Assembly: GCF_009914755.1 (NCBI RefSeq)
Contig: NC_060929.1
Source of the DNA: the human T2T-CHM13v2.0 reference genome, Homo sapiens
Reading direction: 5' to 3' (one strand)
DNA: 64,000 bases
Position 1 is the stretch's first letter. Every line of letters starts with the position of its first letter. This document shows, piece by piece, positions 44,104 through 57,830 of the stretch. The translations under genes and the position numbers were made by a program. The notes under the pieces are model-generated. The model ran no database searches, had not been told where the DNA came from, and saw only the letters and a program-made list of their open reading frames with translations.

Positions 44104-45540
44104 AACACTGCCCCCATGTTAAGCCATAACCTCAAAAGGCTAGGCTGTCAAGGAAAAGGGGAATCAGAAAGAAACTGCTGGAAAGTTTGCTTTGGAACTA
44201 TACAGTGGAGAAGAAATAAAGGAAAGGAAAAATTACTCTTTGAAAGTTTTGGACACAGGCTAAATTTTGTGCAGATTTGCAGACTGAGTTCATATATTTT
44301 GGGTGGTCCAGGGAAATCTCAAGCCATGAATTTGTTTCAGGGTGGTTCTAACCTGGCATTGCCTTTGGTTTCCAGACAGAAGTAAATTCACATTCTCTTA
44401 GGAGGAAGGTAACTATATTCTAGACCTCAGGGAATCCCCATAAATATTTTTCTGGACAAATGAAAATTATATTGTCAAAAATAAAGGCAAGTACATACGG
44501 CAATAGAAAATCATAAGTAGAAAACATTAGGACTAACAGAAACAATTGGTCTACAAAGATTTAACATATCGAAATAATTGGGTATAAATTGTAAACATCT
44601 ATGCTTACTCTATTTGAAGAAATAAGCAGCAAACACAAAACTATAAAACTTGACCTACTAGACATGAAAAAGAGCCTAGTAATATTTCTAGACATAAAAA
44701 AAAGGTAACCCAAATTAAACCCAATGTCTGGATCTACAACTAGAGGGAAAGTGAATGGAAATATAGATGAAAAGAAAAGAAAATACATAAAATAAGTAAT
44801 GGGGAGACAAAAAGGAGAAAGGTACAAAAGGAGAGGTTAAAATTCATGGAAGAAGGTATAAGGAGAGGGAAAATGAGGACAAAGGCAATTTTTGAGGAAA
44901 TGATTGAGAGTTTTACACAACCGAAATAAACTAACCCAATTATTCAAAAATCAATCAGATTCAAAAACCAAGTAGATTAAATATGAATGTCATACCTGGT
45001 TATTTTACAATAAAACCTCACAACACCAAAGAGAATCATTTCAAAGTGGCTAGAGAATTATGTCAGTACTTTCAAAGGAGCAATATTTAGCCCTATTGCT
45101 GACTTCCACAATCAGCAATGAAAACCAGAAGTCATTGGAATGATATTACCAAATATTTGGGGGAAAAAAAACCCTGCCAAGTTAAAGTTCTATACCCAGA
45201 GAAAAATCTGTAAAAAATAAAGATGAAATAAGATCATTTTTAGACAAATAAAAATAGGGCACATTACCCCTAGCATACCATCACTAAAGGAAATTCACAC
45301 TAGGAAAGGGTGAGCCCAAGTGAAAAACCTAAAATGAAAGAAGAAATGAAGAATAAAGAAAGTAATAAATACAGGGTAAATATAAATGAACACTTACTGT
45401 AGATAATAATGTAGAGTTAAAGCATAGTATAAAAATACATGATTAATAATGACATGTTAAATGAGAAAACTCAGTGAAAGCATTCTATGGTCCTTCATTA
45501 TCTGGCACGAGTGTAAATGTATTGATAAACTTTAAAATAT
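44104..45540 (+). mobile_element. Ancient L1ME-like element, right half (5' UTR, ORF1, inter-ORF)
   Basis: A-rich; ttcaaaggagcaatatttag...gctgacttc...aaaaccagaagtcattggaatgata...ttctatacccagagaaaa resembles the ORF1 C-terminal region. Confidence 0.7.
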
Positions 45541-45544
45541 ACAT

Positions 45545-46412
45545 ATTTATCGTTAAATAGTTATAACTTTTGGTTTCGGGGTACATGCGCAGGTTTGTTC
45601 TATAGATAAATTACATGTTGTGGGTGTTTGGCATACATATTGTTTTGTCACACTGGTAATAAGCATAGCACCCAATAGGTAGTTTTTTGATCCTTTCCCT
45701 CCTCCCAGCCTCCATCCTCAAGTAGGCCCCAGTGTCTGTTTTTCCCTTCTTTGTGTTTTCGTGTACTCAATATTTAGCTCCCACTTACAAGTAAGAACTT
45801 GTGGTGTTTGGTTTTCTGTTTCTGTGTTAGTTTGCTTAGGATAAAGGCCTCCAGCTCCATCCATGTTGCTGCAAAGAACATTATCTCATTCTTTTTTATG
45901 GTTGCATAGTATTCTATGGTGTATATGTATCACATTTTTCTTTACTCAGTCTACTGTTAATGGACATTTAGGTTGATTCCATGTCTTTGCTATTGTGAAT
46001 AATGCTGTGATGAACATAAGCCTGTATGTGTTTTTATGGTAGAATGATCTATATTACTTTGTGTATATACTCAGTAATAGGATTTCTGAGTCAAATGGTA
46101 GTTCTGTTTTAAGTTCTTTGAGAAATCTCCGAACTACTTTCCACAGTGGCTGAACTAATTTACACTCCCAACAGCAGTGTATAAGCATTCTCTTTTCTCC
46201 ATAGCCTCACCAGCATGTTATTTTTTGACTTTTAAGTAATAGTTGTTTTGACTGGTGTGAGATGGTATCTCATTATGGTTTTGATTTTCATTTCTCTGAT
46301 GATAGTGATGTTGAGAATTTTTTCACATTCGCTGCATATATGTCTTCTTTTGAAAAGTGTTTGTTCATGTCCTTTGCCCCCTTTTTATTGGGGTTGTTTT
46401 ATGCCTGTTAAT
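45545..46412 (-). mobile_element. Older L1PA (L1PA15/16-like) 3' fragment
   Basis: ggggtacatgcgcaggtttg...cccaataggtagttttttgatcc...caagtaggccccagtgtctg. Confidence 0.9.
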
Positions 46413-46487
46413 CATAAATATATATGTACATACATTTTAATATGTATATTACATTTCATAATAAAGTTAATAAAATGTTTAATCCAG

Positions 46488-46715
46488 TGATTTGGTTCAC
46501 TATAAATTGATGGTCTTCAACTTGAGTTAGCAGTACTCTCGATGCTACCTAGCAGTTCTGCCTGTTCTCAGTCGTCATATCCCTCACATTCCCCTTAGGA
46601 ACTAACTCAAATATTCCCCACATTTCTCCAATCTCCTACTCTTCCCCTGCTCCCAGCATCTCCTCATCTTCAGCACCTTACCTTACCTCTCTGTTTCCTT
46701 TCTTCTCAATCTGCT
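46488..46715 (+). mobile_element. L2 fragment, apparent continuation of 36650-37270
   Basis: tgatttggttcactataaattgatgg resembles the L2 segment that follows the 37270 breakpoint. Confidence 0.5.
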
Positions 46716-46719
46716 AAAA

Positions 46720-46830
46720 CAGTGGTTTTCAAACATTTTGATCTCAGGACCCCTTTAAACTCAAGAAAATTGACCTAAAAGAACCCTTGTTTAGGTGGAT
46801 ACTCACAAGGCATTACCTATTCTGAAATGC
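46720..46830. mobile_element. hAT-type DNA transposon end fragment
   Basis: cagtggttttcaaacattttgatctcaggacccctttaaactc. Confidence 0.55.
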
Positions 46831-48364
46831 TGAACATTTTCAAAATGGATAGTCTGTCCTATTTATTTTCACTGAAGAGAAAACATCACAAGAGCAGAAT
46901 TTATGTGTTACTAACCTTGAACTCCCTGGAACCTGACTCAGAACTTGATACTTTTTTTTTTTTGGTTATTATTAATTCTATAGGGTCATTTTTCTGTCCT
47001 CTCTAATTATTTTGGTAAATGTGAGAGTTAGCTGGTATTTCAGCTGAGTTTCTTCTAAGATTCTCCTTTAGGTGATTTGAGTATATTTAAAACAAAATGA
47101 AAGAATAGTTTATGAAACAAGTACAAAACCAATTCACTCCATCCTTAGGAATACTCAAAAAAGAAAAAAGATCCAATTTCACACTCCAGCTGAAGTCTGT
47201 CCTATATCTGAGAAAATTGCCCCAGGTGTCCACAATGGAACTTCTGCTTGAGATTCTAATATGATAAAGATGATTTCTCAGGAGATGTTATTTCTCTGAG
47301 AAGTGACTGAGAAAAAAGCTTTGTCAACAGCAAATTAAAATAAAGCTGTGGTACAATATTATTATTCTGGCCAAATGTAGTGATTTTATTCCATCTCTAG
47401 GAAAAGGAAGAGATCTGTAAGTATGCCCAGGAGGAAAGCAGGGCTGATCAGGGATGCACATGACCTGAAAGTGAGTGTGTGATGGCTTTGCTGCAAGACT
47501 GTCTGCCCCTTGCCTCTATTGAATGGAGATTTGTATTTTAGAATTTTAATCTCTCAAAGCCCTTAAAAAGACTACGTAAGACAATGACTTGCAGCAAATT
47601 TCATTATATGTGTGAATAGTGCTGTAGCCAGATTCTGGTGTCATTTCACACATTATATTTGTACTATTGCTAGGTAGGCTGCTGCCGGCCCTAAGGCAAT
47701 GTGTGTGTGTTTCTGTGTGTGTGTGGGCAGGGGGCTGGGTTTGGGGAAGTCTTTAACAGGGAGGATGGGTGAAAGGCAGTGGGGAGGAAGAGGCAGGTAG
47801 GGGCAAAGCTGGGAAGAGGTATATGTGACTTGTCCTTGCAGATTTAATATCTAGGCCATCCTGGGAGACAATTGCCCACATTGAATTTAGATGTTACAAA
47901 TGGGATGGCATAAAATGGGTTGGTATGTAGCTGGTGATGTCTTAGTAAATAAAAAATTGGTGCTTAATGCCACCCAAGAACTTACTTGCTTTAAAAAGTA
48001 AAGTTAAAGGGACGATTTCATTCTTCATAAGTACCCCTAGTAGAAACAAACAAAAAATAGAACATGTTTCACACCTGAGTCTACCATTAAATCTGAAATA
48101 TGGTTTGAGAGGCAGAGAGAACCAGCTTCCCTGCAAAGCCTTAAGCGAGCCCTTTGTGCTCTCTAGCTTTCATTGAGTACACGGGTTGCCCTAGTGATGA
48201 ATGTCCTGCTTTGTGTGGTCTCAGCATTTTTTTCTAGAGAGGCTGTTTTTAATGAGAAGGTGAATAGAGGGGGCTTCTTTTGAAACTAGGATAAGAGGAG
48301 GGCCACTTCTGAAAATGCAAGCATAATGGTGCCATTCCTTCTCACAGAGATCTGACAATCGCCC

Positions 48365-48420
48365 CCTCTCTTTCTGTCTGTCTTTCTCTCTCTCTCTCTT
48401 TCTCTCTCTCTTTTCTCTTT
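48365..48420. repeat. (CT)n-rich polypyrimidine tract
   Basis: Directly visible. Confidence 0.85.
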
Positions 48421-49284
48421 TTATTACTAAGTAGCTTTCAGTAGCCTGCTTCGGCTAAGTACTGTTTTGGATTGGCCTATGGTCTCAATACCCTGGGATC
48501 TTCTTTTAGAAGTAAAGAGTAACCAATTAGATCTCATTTTGTCACTCTGGCCTCATCTTCTTTCCTCTAAAAAGGGACTATTCTTGATGTTTTAGGGTAG
48601 GACACACCCCTGCTCCTTTCTCCTACCTATTTTAAAATGCTGTACTTTTTCAGATTTACCCACGCACTAAGAATTATGCTTCAGCCTGTTTGAAGCTTTC
48701 TTCTCCTTCAGGATCCATTGTGCAAGGCAGGAGTGGGAGAAAACCATGTAATTGCTATATTTTAGGACTCGCTTGAGGCTAGCTTTGATTGAACACACAC
48801 AGTAAACTCTTGATTATCCATGCTAATGGAAGGAATAGTAATTCAGACCAGACACATTGTTTCTATCTGACTTTGAAATGTGTTGAGTGATTTTTTTTTG
48901 AAAGCAGTAGCAGGTGGTTTACTTAGACTGTATTAATAGTGAAATTTCTTTTGTGATGCCACTGTTTTGGTAGACAAAATTGTGAGAGACACCACTCTCC
49001 TCCTTCCTCTTTCTACTCCACAATCTTACCTGGCACAGACTCCCAGTGCCTTCACCTTACATATTCCTTTTTATGTCCCCCTTCTCTTATCAAAATGAAC
49101 TCTTAGGAAACTGGTAAATTGGTAAGGCCAAGTAATTAATTAAAGGAGCGTAGTGTCATTTAAATAGGAGTGAAATCCCAAAACTAAGAAAACAAAAATG
49201 ACTAATATTTGTATCATATTCAATATTTGCATTAAAAGGGTATCCAGTTTCATGATGGTAAGGTATTTGCTGTTTTGATGTTAC

Positions 49285-49385
49285 ATATTTTTATTTGTTT
49301 TGCTTATTGCTGCATCCCCAGTGCCTAGAATAGTGCCAGGCATGTAATATGCACATAATAATTTTTTGTGGTATAAATGAATGAA
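49285..49385 (+). mobile_element. L2 3' end
   Basis: gctgcatccccagtgcctagaatagtgccaggcatgtaa...aaatgaatgaa. Confidence 0.75.
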
Positions 49386-49396
49386 AAATAATTTTC

Positions 49397-49681
49397 TTAT
49401 TTATTGAGACAGGGTCTCCCTGTGTCACCCAAGGTGGAGTGCAGTGTGTGATCATGGCTTACTGCATCTTTAACCTCCTGGGCTGAAGCAATCCTCCCAT
49501 TTAGGCCTCCTGAGTAGCTGGGACCACAGGCATACCCGATGGCACCTGGCTAATTTTTAAAAAATTTCTGTAGAGATGGGGGTCTCTGTATGTTGCCTAG
49601 GCTGGTCTTGAACTCAAATAATCTGCCTTCCCTGGCCTCTCAAAGTTCTGGGATTACAGGCATGAGCCACCGTACCCAGCC
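49397..49681 (-). mobile_element. AluJ (Jo/Jr-like)
   Basis: gagacagggtctc...gatcatggcttactgca...ttgcctaggctggtcttgaactc. Approximate TSD ataattttc / ataattctc. Confidence 0.93.
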
Positions 49682-50379
49682 ATAATTCTCAAAATGCTTC
49701 TTCATGTACTTATTTTTTTTTCCTATTCCTGCAACTCTCCTAGAATATAGACGTCACAGCTATTATTAAAATAATTATTGATTTATCTTCCCTTTTGTTT
49801 ATCGGTAACTAATTTACATGTAAACATATGTAATGTTCCTTATAAATTCTAATTCCCTATAAATAGAATATATAATAATGGAAGTTTTTTTTAATGGACA
49901 GTCTTTTTGAGCTTATGCTATTTTGCATTTTGCATTTTGCACTTTGCTGATTTGTCAGACAAAGTACATCATCACTTTGGAGACATCATCTTTGTGGAGA
50001 CAGCTTTTCTTTGGCGATAAGTGACAAAGTGGTATGCTGCTCGCGGGCCATTTCTATCACCGGAACTAATCTGTCACGGTGTGGTTGTGTGTGATAAACC
50101 ACTTACTGCACAGAGTAATAGGAATCCCACCCAAGCTATGCTCACTCCAGTCTATTTTTTCTTAATAAATAGAGTTAAGCAAAAGATCTTCCAGATTGTG
50201 CCATTTTAGTTGAGAGAAAATAAAACAGAAAAGTCAAAATGGAATGGCACTCCTTTTCCTTTGTGATCCTCTGTAAGGAATGTAAGATGGCAATGGAATA
50301 TTAAGGTACATGGCTTCTGATTTATCCTGAGGTGGTGGGAATTGGCTTGGATTCAGGAACTCCCCGCATACGCATGTTG

Positions 50380-50545
50380 TGCTAGTGGAGTGAGTTAATT
50401 GCTTGGCTTTGGAGCCAGATTTGGGTTGAGTACCAACTCTTTTACCAACTTTACCAATGGAGCAATTTACTTAGGGCCTCTCAGCTTCTGTTTCTTCATC
50501 TTTAAGATGGTGATAACAATAGCATCTATTTCATTGGGAGAGTTA
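50380..50545 (+). mobile_element. MIR
   Basis: ggctttggagccagatttgggttgag...ctgtttcttcatctttaagatggtgataacaatagcatcta. Confidence 0.75.
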
Positions 50546-50619
50546 AATTTTAGTTAAATTTTTAGAAGTCTGCAAATAATTTCATACCTGGTGCACACAC
50601 ACAGTTGTTATGGCTTTGA

Positions 50620-50820
50620 TGAACACTCCTTGAGTATCTACTGTGAGCCCAGAATCATGCCAGGTAATTTTCATATGCTCTGCAACTTCATACCTACATC
50701 AACCTACTTTTTCCCAGTGAGAAAACTGAGGCTTATAGAAGTTAAATAATACACTCAACGTGACACAGCCATTGGGGTGCTGGGAATTTGGATCTCTCTC
50801 TCTTTGCATTATACCATGTG
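50620..50820 (-). mobile_element. MIR
   Basis: cagtgagaaaactgaggcttatagaagttaaataa. Confidence 0.7.
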
Positions 50821-51019
50821 GCCTTTCCGGGGTTTTGGTGCCCAAACAAGTTGAATCCATTCCACAGCTGTGTCCTCAATCATAAATACCTCACCTTAAG
50901 ATATTGGGGAGATAAGACACAAGAGCATTTATCAAAGCACAGGTTTATCGAACTCTCTGGACATTTCTCCTCTTTCATGTTCTTTGGGGAGTATTTTTGG
51001 TGCCGAGGCTTGGCAGGGC

Positions 51020-51290
51020 TCAGCTGAAGTGACACTTCCTCAGAGAAGCTTTCCCCGACCACCTCTCTGGGGTTGTTATTAAACCATGCCACAGCTGCTA
51101 TCGTGACATTTGTCATGGCCTGAAACTATATGTGTATTTGCTTGGGTCCTCGCCTGTTTAACCCCAATGCACTGTAAGGTCTCTGAGAAAAGGAGCTTTG
51201 CTTTGTTTACTGCTATATTTTCAGTGCATGGCACAGTGCTCAGACACTGGGAGGGACTCAATAAATATGCGATCAACTTACAAATGAAGA
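51020..51290 (+). mobile_element. L2 3' end
   Basis: cacttcctcagagaagctttccccgaccacc...gcacagtgctcagacactgggagggactcaataaata. Confidence 0.8.
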
Positions 51291-51466
51291 AGTGCAACTG
51301 CTGTGAAAAGGCTGCAGTCCTGGGAGGCAAGCTTTGTGTTGGAGCAATCACACTGCCAGGCTTTCAGTAATAGATAAAAAGGTGGGGGTGGGGTGAGTAA
51401 GAGTTGCCTGAATTCTCTGCCTGTAGGTCTGCTTCATGCCCTTTTGATGGCAGGAGGGAGCTGTCC

Positions 51467-51469
<3 letters not shown>

Positions 51470-51497
<28 letters not shown>

Positions 51498-51498
51498 G
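51470..51498. repeat. Isolated poly(T) run of 29 nt
   Basis: Directly visible. Confidence 0.95.
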
Positions 51499-52365
51499 GC
51501 CAGGGAATGAGGCCTTGAGGTGCAGCCTGTGGCTAAATATGTCACAGCTCAGCCTCTGCTTCATCCTCATTAACTCCACTTCATAGCTGGCCAGAGGCAA
51601 AGATTAATTTAGTGACCAAGCTTAATAAATAGTTGCTTCTGGTCTTACATTTCAGGCATTGCTTTCAGAGGCTGAGAGCTCATTGAAGTGCCAGTTTCAA
51701 GATGTCAAGGGCAAGCAGCTGGGCTTGAGGGAAGTGCAGAGATATTTCTGCTGAGCCTTTGTTCCCCAGCCCATCTTGAAATCATCAAAACTGCAGCGAC
51801 GACAGGAAAAGCCTTCAACATCCATTTCCTGTGTAGCCTAAAAACCATGTTTCTCAAACCGATTGCCTTTGTAAGACATTGCTACATACATGATTCTCCA
51901 CGCATGTCAAGCAACTCTTGCCTACAATGTAGTGTGGGAAAATTTTAATATTTGTCACCACATATACATTTTTATTTTATCACCACATGGCATCTGACAC
52001 AGAAATCTCTAACCTCTTCCCTCTGGAAGGCCTTGGTGGAGTTTCTACTTTGAAGGGAGCTTGGCTCTGGGCAGCCATCTCTAGTGTAAATCAAGTCTGA
52101 GGTACTAGACAGTAAACAATATTGTACCCCACAGGGTCTGAGGTGACCTGAATAAGTTCCGCGGTGCGTCCACCATAGCGATGACATCATTACAGCATAT
52201 GTGTATGCCCATATCTATGTGTAATTGTAATGTATAATTAATACGGAGCTAAAATTAAACTCCTGGGTGAAAAGAGATGGGCAGGCTGAAGAGGCTGAGG
52301 AATATTAACCTCTAAGATGCCGCTTGGTTGCAGCAGCTGTAGGATGGCAGTGCTCTTAGCATCAA

Positions 52366-52412
<47 letters not shown>
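52366..52412. repeat. (TG)n microsatellite
   Basis: Directly visible. Confidence 0.95.
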
Positions 52413-53740
52413 CTGTGTTCCTTTTTGTTGTTAATGTTTCAGCCTTGAGGAATGAGAATTTTGCAGTTTATCCACACTTCATCCCCTCCAAGCTCCCTAA
52501 GAAGCCTTTGTTTCATTTAATCTTGTCCTCGGGCCTCTCACTTACGTACTTTCATTTTTCTAGATAGTGTAATTAATTTCTCTCAAGTGGGGAGACTGAC
52601 AAAGCAGGCAGAAATAGGACATAAGCATCGCTTTCCTGTGGCGGCAGTTCCTTCACTCTCTTTTGGCATTGACTTTGGACAAGAAAGTATGTGACCTGGA
52701 AAAAGTTCCTGACTCTTGTTTACAAATAGTGCTCACAGCACCCTTCACATTCTTTGACCTTGAAAAGAGGCGACCACGGAGCACAGTTGTTACCCTTGAT
52801 TATGAATGAAGTTTGACTCTTGGAGAAGGTATTCTTTGAAACAGTTATCTAGGTAACGAAGTTTATTTTTGTTTATCAAACCCATACATCACTTCAGCCT
52901 CTGTATTATGAGTTGTGCTAAATGTACATTACTAAGAATATAGAGAAAGGTTATTTTCACTTCTTTTCTTCCCTAATGACTATGTTAAACTCGTGGGCAG
53001 GCATGGACTAAACAACCATCTGGCAAGACATGGCTCCTTAACTCCCACTTCCTGTTGTCTAAACATTGACTTCTATTTAGCCAAAGGCACTACCACGTTC
53101 TACCAGAAGTTATAGTTGTTTAAGTTCTGCATCTCTTGTCTACTCCTTGATCCTGCTTCTCTCCACTTGGACAATGATCTTATTTCTTATTAGTTTTAAT
53201 AACCTCTGGTTTCAAAGGAAGTTTTCTAGTCCACTACTAGAGCACTTTCTAACAAGGCATACTACCTGCTTATCACAACATCTTACGATTCACCAATTCC
53301 AATGAGGGGTGTGTGTGAGAGAGAGAGATTTAACAAAATCATTCATTGACACTTGCTTGTCTGCAGCAGCAACTGTTACATGATTTTCAAGTTTCTCTGT
53401 GTTCTGCCTTTGTCACTTCGATCTCAAACAAGCTATTGAACAACTTTGAACCTTGGCCTCCTTATTAGTAAATGGGAATAGAGAAGCAAAGTTTAATTCT
53501 CACTGGGTGTTGGGGATTGGCAAAGCATCCAACATAGATGAAAATCTTCAGTATATTTTTTGTCTTTGCTGAAGTAGAAAAACCAATGCTGAAGTTGCAA
53601 AAATATGCATCTTGGAATAGATCAGAATGTATATTTAACTGACTGGAAAGTCCACTTGACAAAATTGGTTTGAATCCTACATCAAATCTGTTGCTATTAA
53701 ATTGTTATTTTGACAATATAATTTTTGAACTATTTTAATT

Positions 53741-54026
53741 GCCTGTAATCCCAGTACTTTGGGAGGCTGAGGCAGGTGGATCACTTAAATAAGCCCAGGA
53801 GTTCAAGACTAACCTGGGCAACAGGGCAGAAATCCCATCTCTACTAAATATACAAAAATTAGCTGGGTGTGGTGGCACACACCCGTAGTCCCAGCTACTC
53901 AGGAGGCTGAGGTGGGAGAATCATCTGAGTCCTGGAAGTCAAAGCTGCAGTGAGCCGTGATCATGCATGGCACTGTACTCCAGCCTGGGCGATGGAGTGA
54001 GACCCTGTCTCACATACAAAAAAAAA
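53741..54026 (+). mobile_element. AluJ (Jb-like), missing the first ~20 nt
   Basis: Begins gcctgtaatcccagtactttgggaggc; gagaccctgtctc; A tail. Confidence 0.93.
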
Positions 54027-54914
54027 TTTAAATTAAAGTGACTCTTCTGAAAGATTCAAATAGAAAATAAAGCACTAAAAATAATACCACAAAATATATC
54101 ACTGGCCAAGTATGGTTATTTTTATGATTCTTATATTATTGTTACATTATGATTATGGTGACAAAACTTATTTATATTTACTTATATATGGTTATTTAGA
54201 AAATTTAGAGAATTAAATGATAAATGGTAGTAGACCCAGAGTATCTATAAAAACAGGCTTAGAAGAACAATCTGATTGAAAGAGCTAGAGTTGGTATTAA
54301 TGTTATGTTTGCATGGCAGGCCCACTGTTTTTGTGCAGTTTTCATGCTTATAGGGATGACTTTGATGCTGATGAAAATATGGCACTTGTGTTAAAGCTGC
54401 ATTTGCATAGCAAGTCCAATGTTATTACTTAACTGGTATGCTTATTGGGGGCTTTGAGTACATTGATGAGCCAGTAGTGGGGCTGCAATTTGTTTTTGCC
54501 ACCACTGTAGAGAGATTCTGTCCCAGATATATTTAGAATTTCTGTTTTAAGTAGAATTTGTTTAAAATATAGTGTGAAGAATAGACATGTAAAGAATTCA
54601 AATGTTGCCAATTTCACTCACCACTAATTCCTTGACTTGGAAAGATTTTTCTTTTCACAGAAACAAGGTGTTTGAGAAAAGTAGTTGAGAATTGCAAATG
54701 TGATATTGGAGTTATACACGTGCTGTGATTTTTTTTTTTTTCCTAAGACACAATATGTTTGCAGGATCTGTGATGTTTGCTCACTTTAAGTCTGGATGCT
54801 TGGATAAGCCGAGGGTTCTCTAACTCTATGTTGAAGAGACAGTAAGATTATAGTTTTTTTATATTTTCTAAAAGGCCACTTATTTTTTTTCATATTTTAT
54901 GTTGGTATTTTAAA

Positions 54915-55080
54915 GGGACAGTAGTGTACATCAGGAATAAGGTAGATCTTGCATCTTGCACAGAAGATACACACTTTAGAAGTCATCAGACCAAGGTCTC
55001 AAAGCACTTATGTGATTTGACTTGAGGTCACTCTGTCCCCAAATATTTCATTTGTTACACATTCTACCCAAAACCCTAAG
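54915..55080 (+). mobile_element. Degenerate MIR
   Basis: actttagaagtcatcagacc...cacttatgtgatttgacttgaggtcactctgtcc. Confidence 0.45.
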
Positions 55081-56439
55081 ATATCTCATATTTTTCGACA
55101 AAATTGCTAAAATGATTAATCACTAAAAAAAAATCTGGAGAAATTGCAGTATCTATACTAACTTTGCAGACTCAAATTTATAAGACTTGTACATATGTGA
55201 CTACCCCGGGAACTACATTTAACTTTGTAAATCAAGGAACTAATCTTTGCAAAGGCAAAAGAATGATTGACAGCACAGACTATACTACAGCACTTGTTAC
55301 ATCGTTTCTTATTTTATTCATTTCATCAATAATATTAATCAGTACTGTCTGTAAAAGTGGAAGATCTAAACACCAAGACTAGAGTAAAATTTGCATTTTT
55401 TACACCAAACATCAGCCATTGCAACTTCTATTGACCACTACTTTTGATCACTATGTAAATATAGTTACTCACTAAGAGTCTTGTTTTTAGAATAAGAACC
55501 CTTCTGGGACATTTACACAGAAGATACACAATCTAGAATTTATCAAAATCCATTCACAGATCTTACAACGACCAACATAATAACACAGTGTTTGTTCTTT
55601 TAACAGTCTTAGTTACAATTCTGAGAACACTGTCTATCAAGTCTGAGTTCTTATAACCACTCTTCCTTTTGATAAGCAAGAACAGAAGAAAAAATGAGAG
55701 ATATTGTGACCATGACATGCTCACAGTCACAAAACAAGTATAATTAACTTGCAGTTGAAGCTTATCTCCCACTTGTCATATTTTTTCTGCCTAGATCCCT
55801 AAACACTGAATTTAGAATCACTATGTGAACATATTATGTATATTTCCCAGTCCATCATTATTCATTTCTGAAGTTTTCAGTTCATTTCCCAAATTTTTCC
55901 ACATATTAAAAATGGCCACTGCTTTCTATTTGGGATTTGATGTGCCTAATAACACTATTCCCTCCCATCTAAGTTAGAACACACACACAACACACCATGT
56001 GAGATGTGCCACATGCCCACGCACCCCACACACGTACACGTAGAGAGGAGGGGACAGGAGAAAGAGACGGCGGGTCACAGGAGACGTGAAGAGAAAAGAC
56101 TCAGATTTATTATGCAGATACAAAGTGGAGAGGAATGCTAAACTCATGGAAGCCACATGTGCTTGGTAACACTAAATTGAAGGGATTAAAAACACTGGTA
56201 GAGCTAAGACAAACCTAGGTCTCTCTTCAGCAGTACTTACTGCAGATTGTCTGGCTCTGAAGGAGAGAGGGACCCAGAAGCTCTGAGATGGGCATGTCAG
56301 TTCCTTCTCCCAGAATCACCAGGCAGATCGTTTACTTCATCAGGAGGATTGAGTGAGAGAGTGGAGAAATACCAGGGGTATTACTCTAGGGAAGTTTCCC
56401 ATACTTTTACTGGAATGGGAACATGATTTCTAGTAATAG

Positions 56440-56870
56440 AATTTTATCAGTTAACAATCTTTATTTATAAAAAAGGAAAACTGACTCAGCAACTGAAGCC
56501 AATAAAAGGGAGAATTTAAAAACTGGATCCTATATAGGTGATTCATGGAGCTGGAAAGGGTGAACACTTAGGCACTGGGATGTGTAGACACAGGGAAGCT
56601 TCTAGAATGATGGCAGGAGGAGCATGGGAGCTGTCTCTATGGGTCTAGTACGGCTCTCCAAAGGATTCAGCCACAATTTCCTTCAGCTCTGTGTGTTTCT
56701 GCTTAAAATTCAAATTGTAGGAGTTTAAGCCTCATTACTCTAGTTTGGTTTAGATACCCACCTCTATTGTCAAGGAGTTTAATTATTGATAGTATAATTA
56801 TTGATAATTTCATTAATTTCTCATTGTGTGGGGAGGAGTCATTCACTAAGGGAATTTATGCTGGAAAGTT
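56440..56870 (-). mobile_element. Old MaLR LTR (MLT1-like, degenerate)
   Basis: aggaaaactgactcagcaactgaagcc...ctgtgtgtttctgcttaaaattcaaatt. Confidence 0.45.
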
Positions 56871-57830
56871 TTTTTTTAAAGTAGTGTAAGCATTACATAT
56901 TCTGATTAGGTTCTATTCTGAAAAAAGGATAATCTGTACATTTTATTAACATGGGATTATACCTATTTTCATTTAAAAAACAAAAATAGTATAATTTTTC
57001 CTTAAATTGTCATCAATATCACTTTGGAACGATAATTAAACTTATGCTCTAAGCCTTTTTGAAGGTTGATATAAAAAGGCTACATGAAGGACACCTTTAT
57101 AGGAAATGTAAACATGTGAAGACAAAATCTTATTGTGTGGTTCAGAACACAAAACTGTTTATCATTCTAGATTAAGCATTTCAAAATTTGATAATGAAGG
57201 TTATCTAATCCATCATTTCTCTTTTTTGCCTTGGCTACAGGAAACTTGCAGCTTAAGTCTTTTGTTCAATTATTAAAGGTCTTAGCCTGGGTCTTTCTAT
57301 CACGTGTCTCATGTGCTTTTATCCTTGATTAAATAGTATTTAGGCCTCTTACGTTATAGCTAATTTAAATTCCTTTTGGATGTAGGATGAATAGAGTAAC
57401 TACAACTAGTTGATTAGCTGTATGACTAAAGTGGTTTAATGTATACACAGCTGAAACTTCACTGGAAAATGATATGGGACACTAAATGTGGATTGGTAGC
57501 TCTCTTGGCTGGATTGATACTTCACAATGCACTCAGTTGCTTTCCCAGAGTCCTATGAATTGAGTGAACTTCATTAACTTCTTCAGCTTAAGGAGGTGTG
57601 TGTGTGGTGGGGGAGGAGGAGCTGAGATCTGACACACAGAAAAGCTTTCCTGATAAGCCTAATGTTGTCAATAAGGAGCATTTCCCCAGCCCAGACCGTA
57701 CTGTAGCTTCAGAACATAGGCCCGTGTATTCAGTAGTAAGGCTGTTCTTGGGTGAAAGAATGAAGTAAAGAGTTTCCATCCTCTGTTCTTTAGTGGTCCC
57801 ACGTCTGCCCTAAGAGGTACTTTCTGCTAT

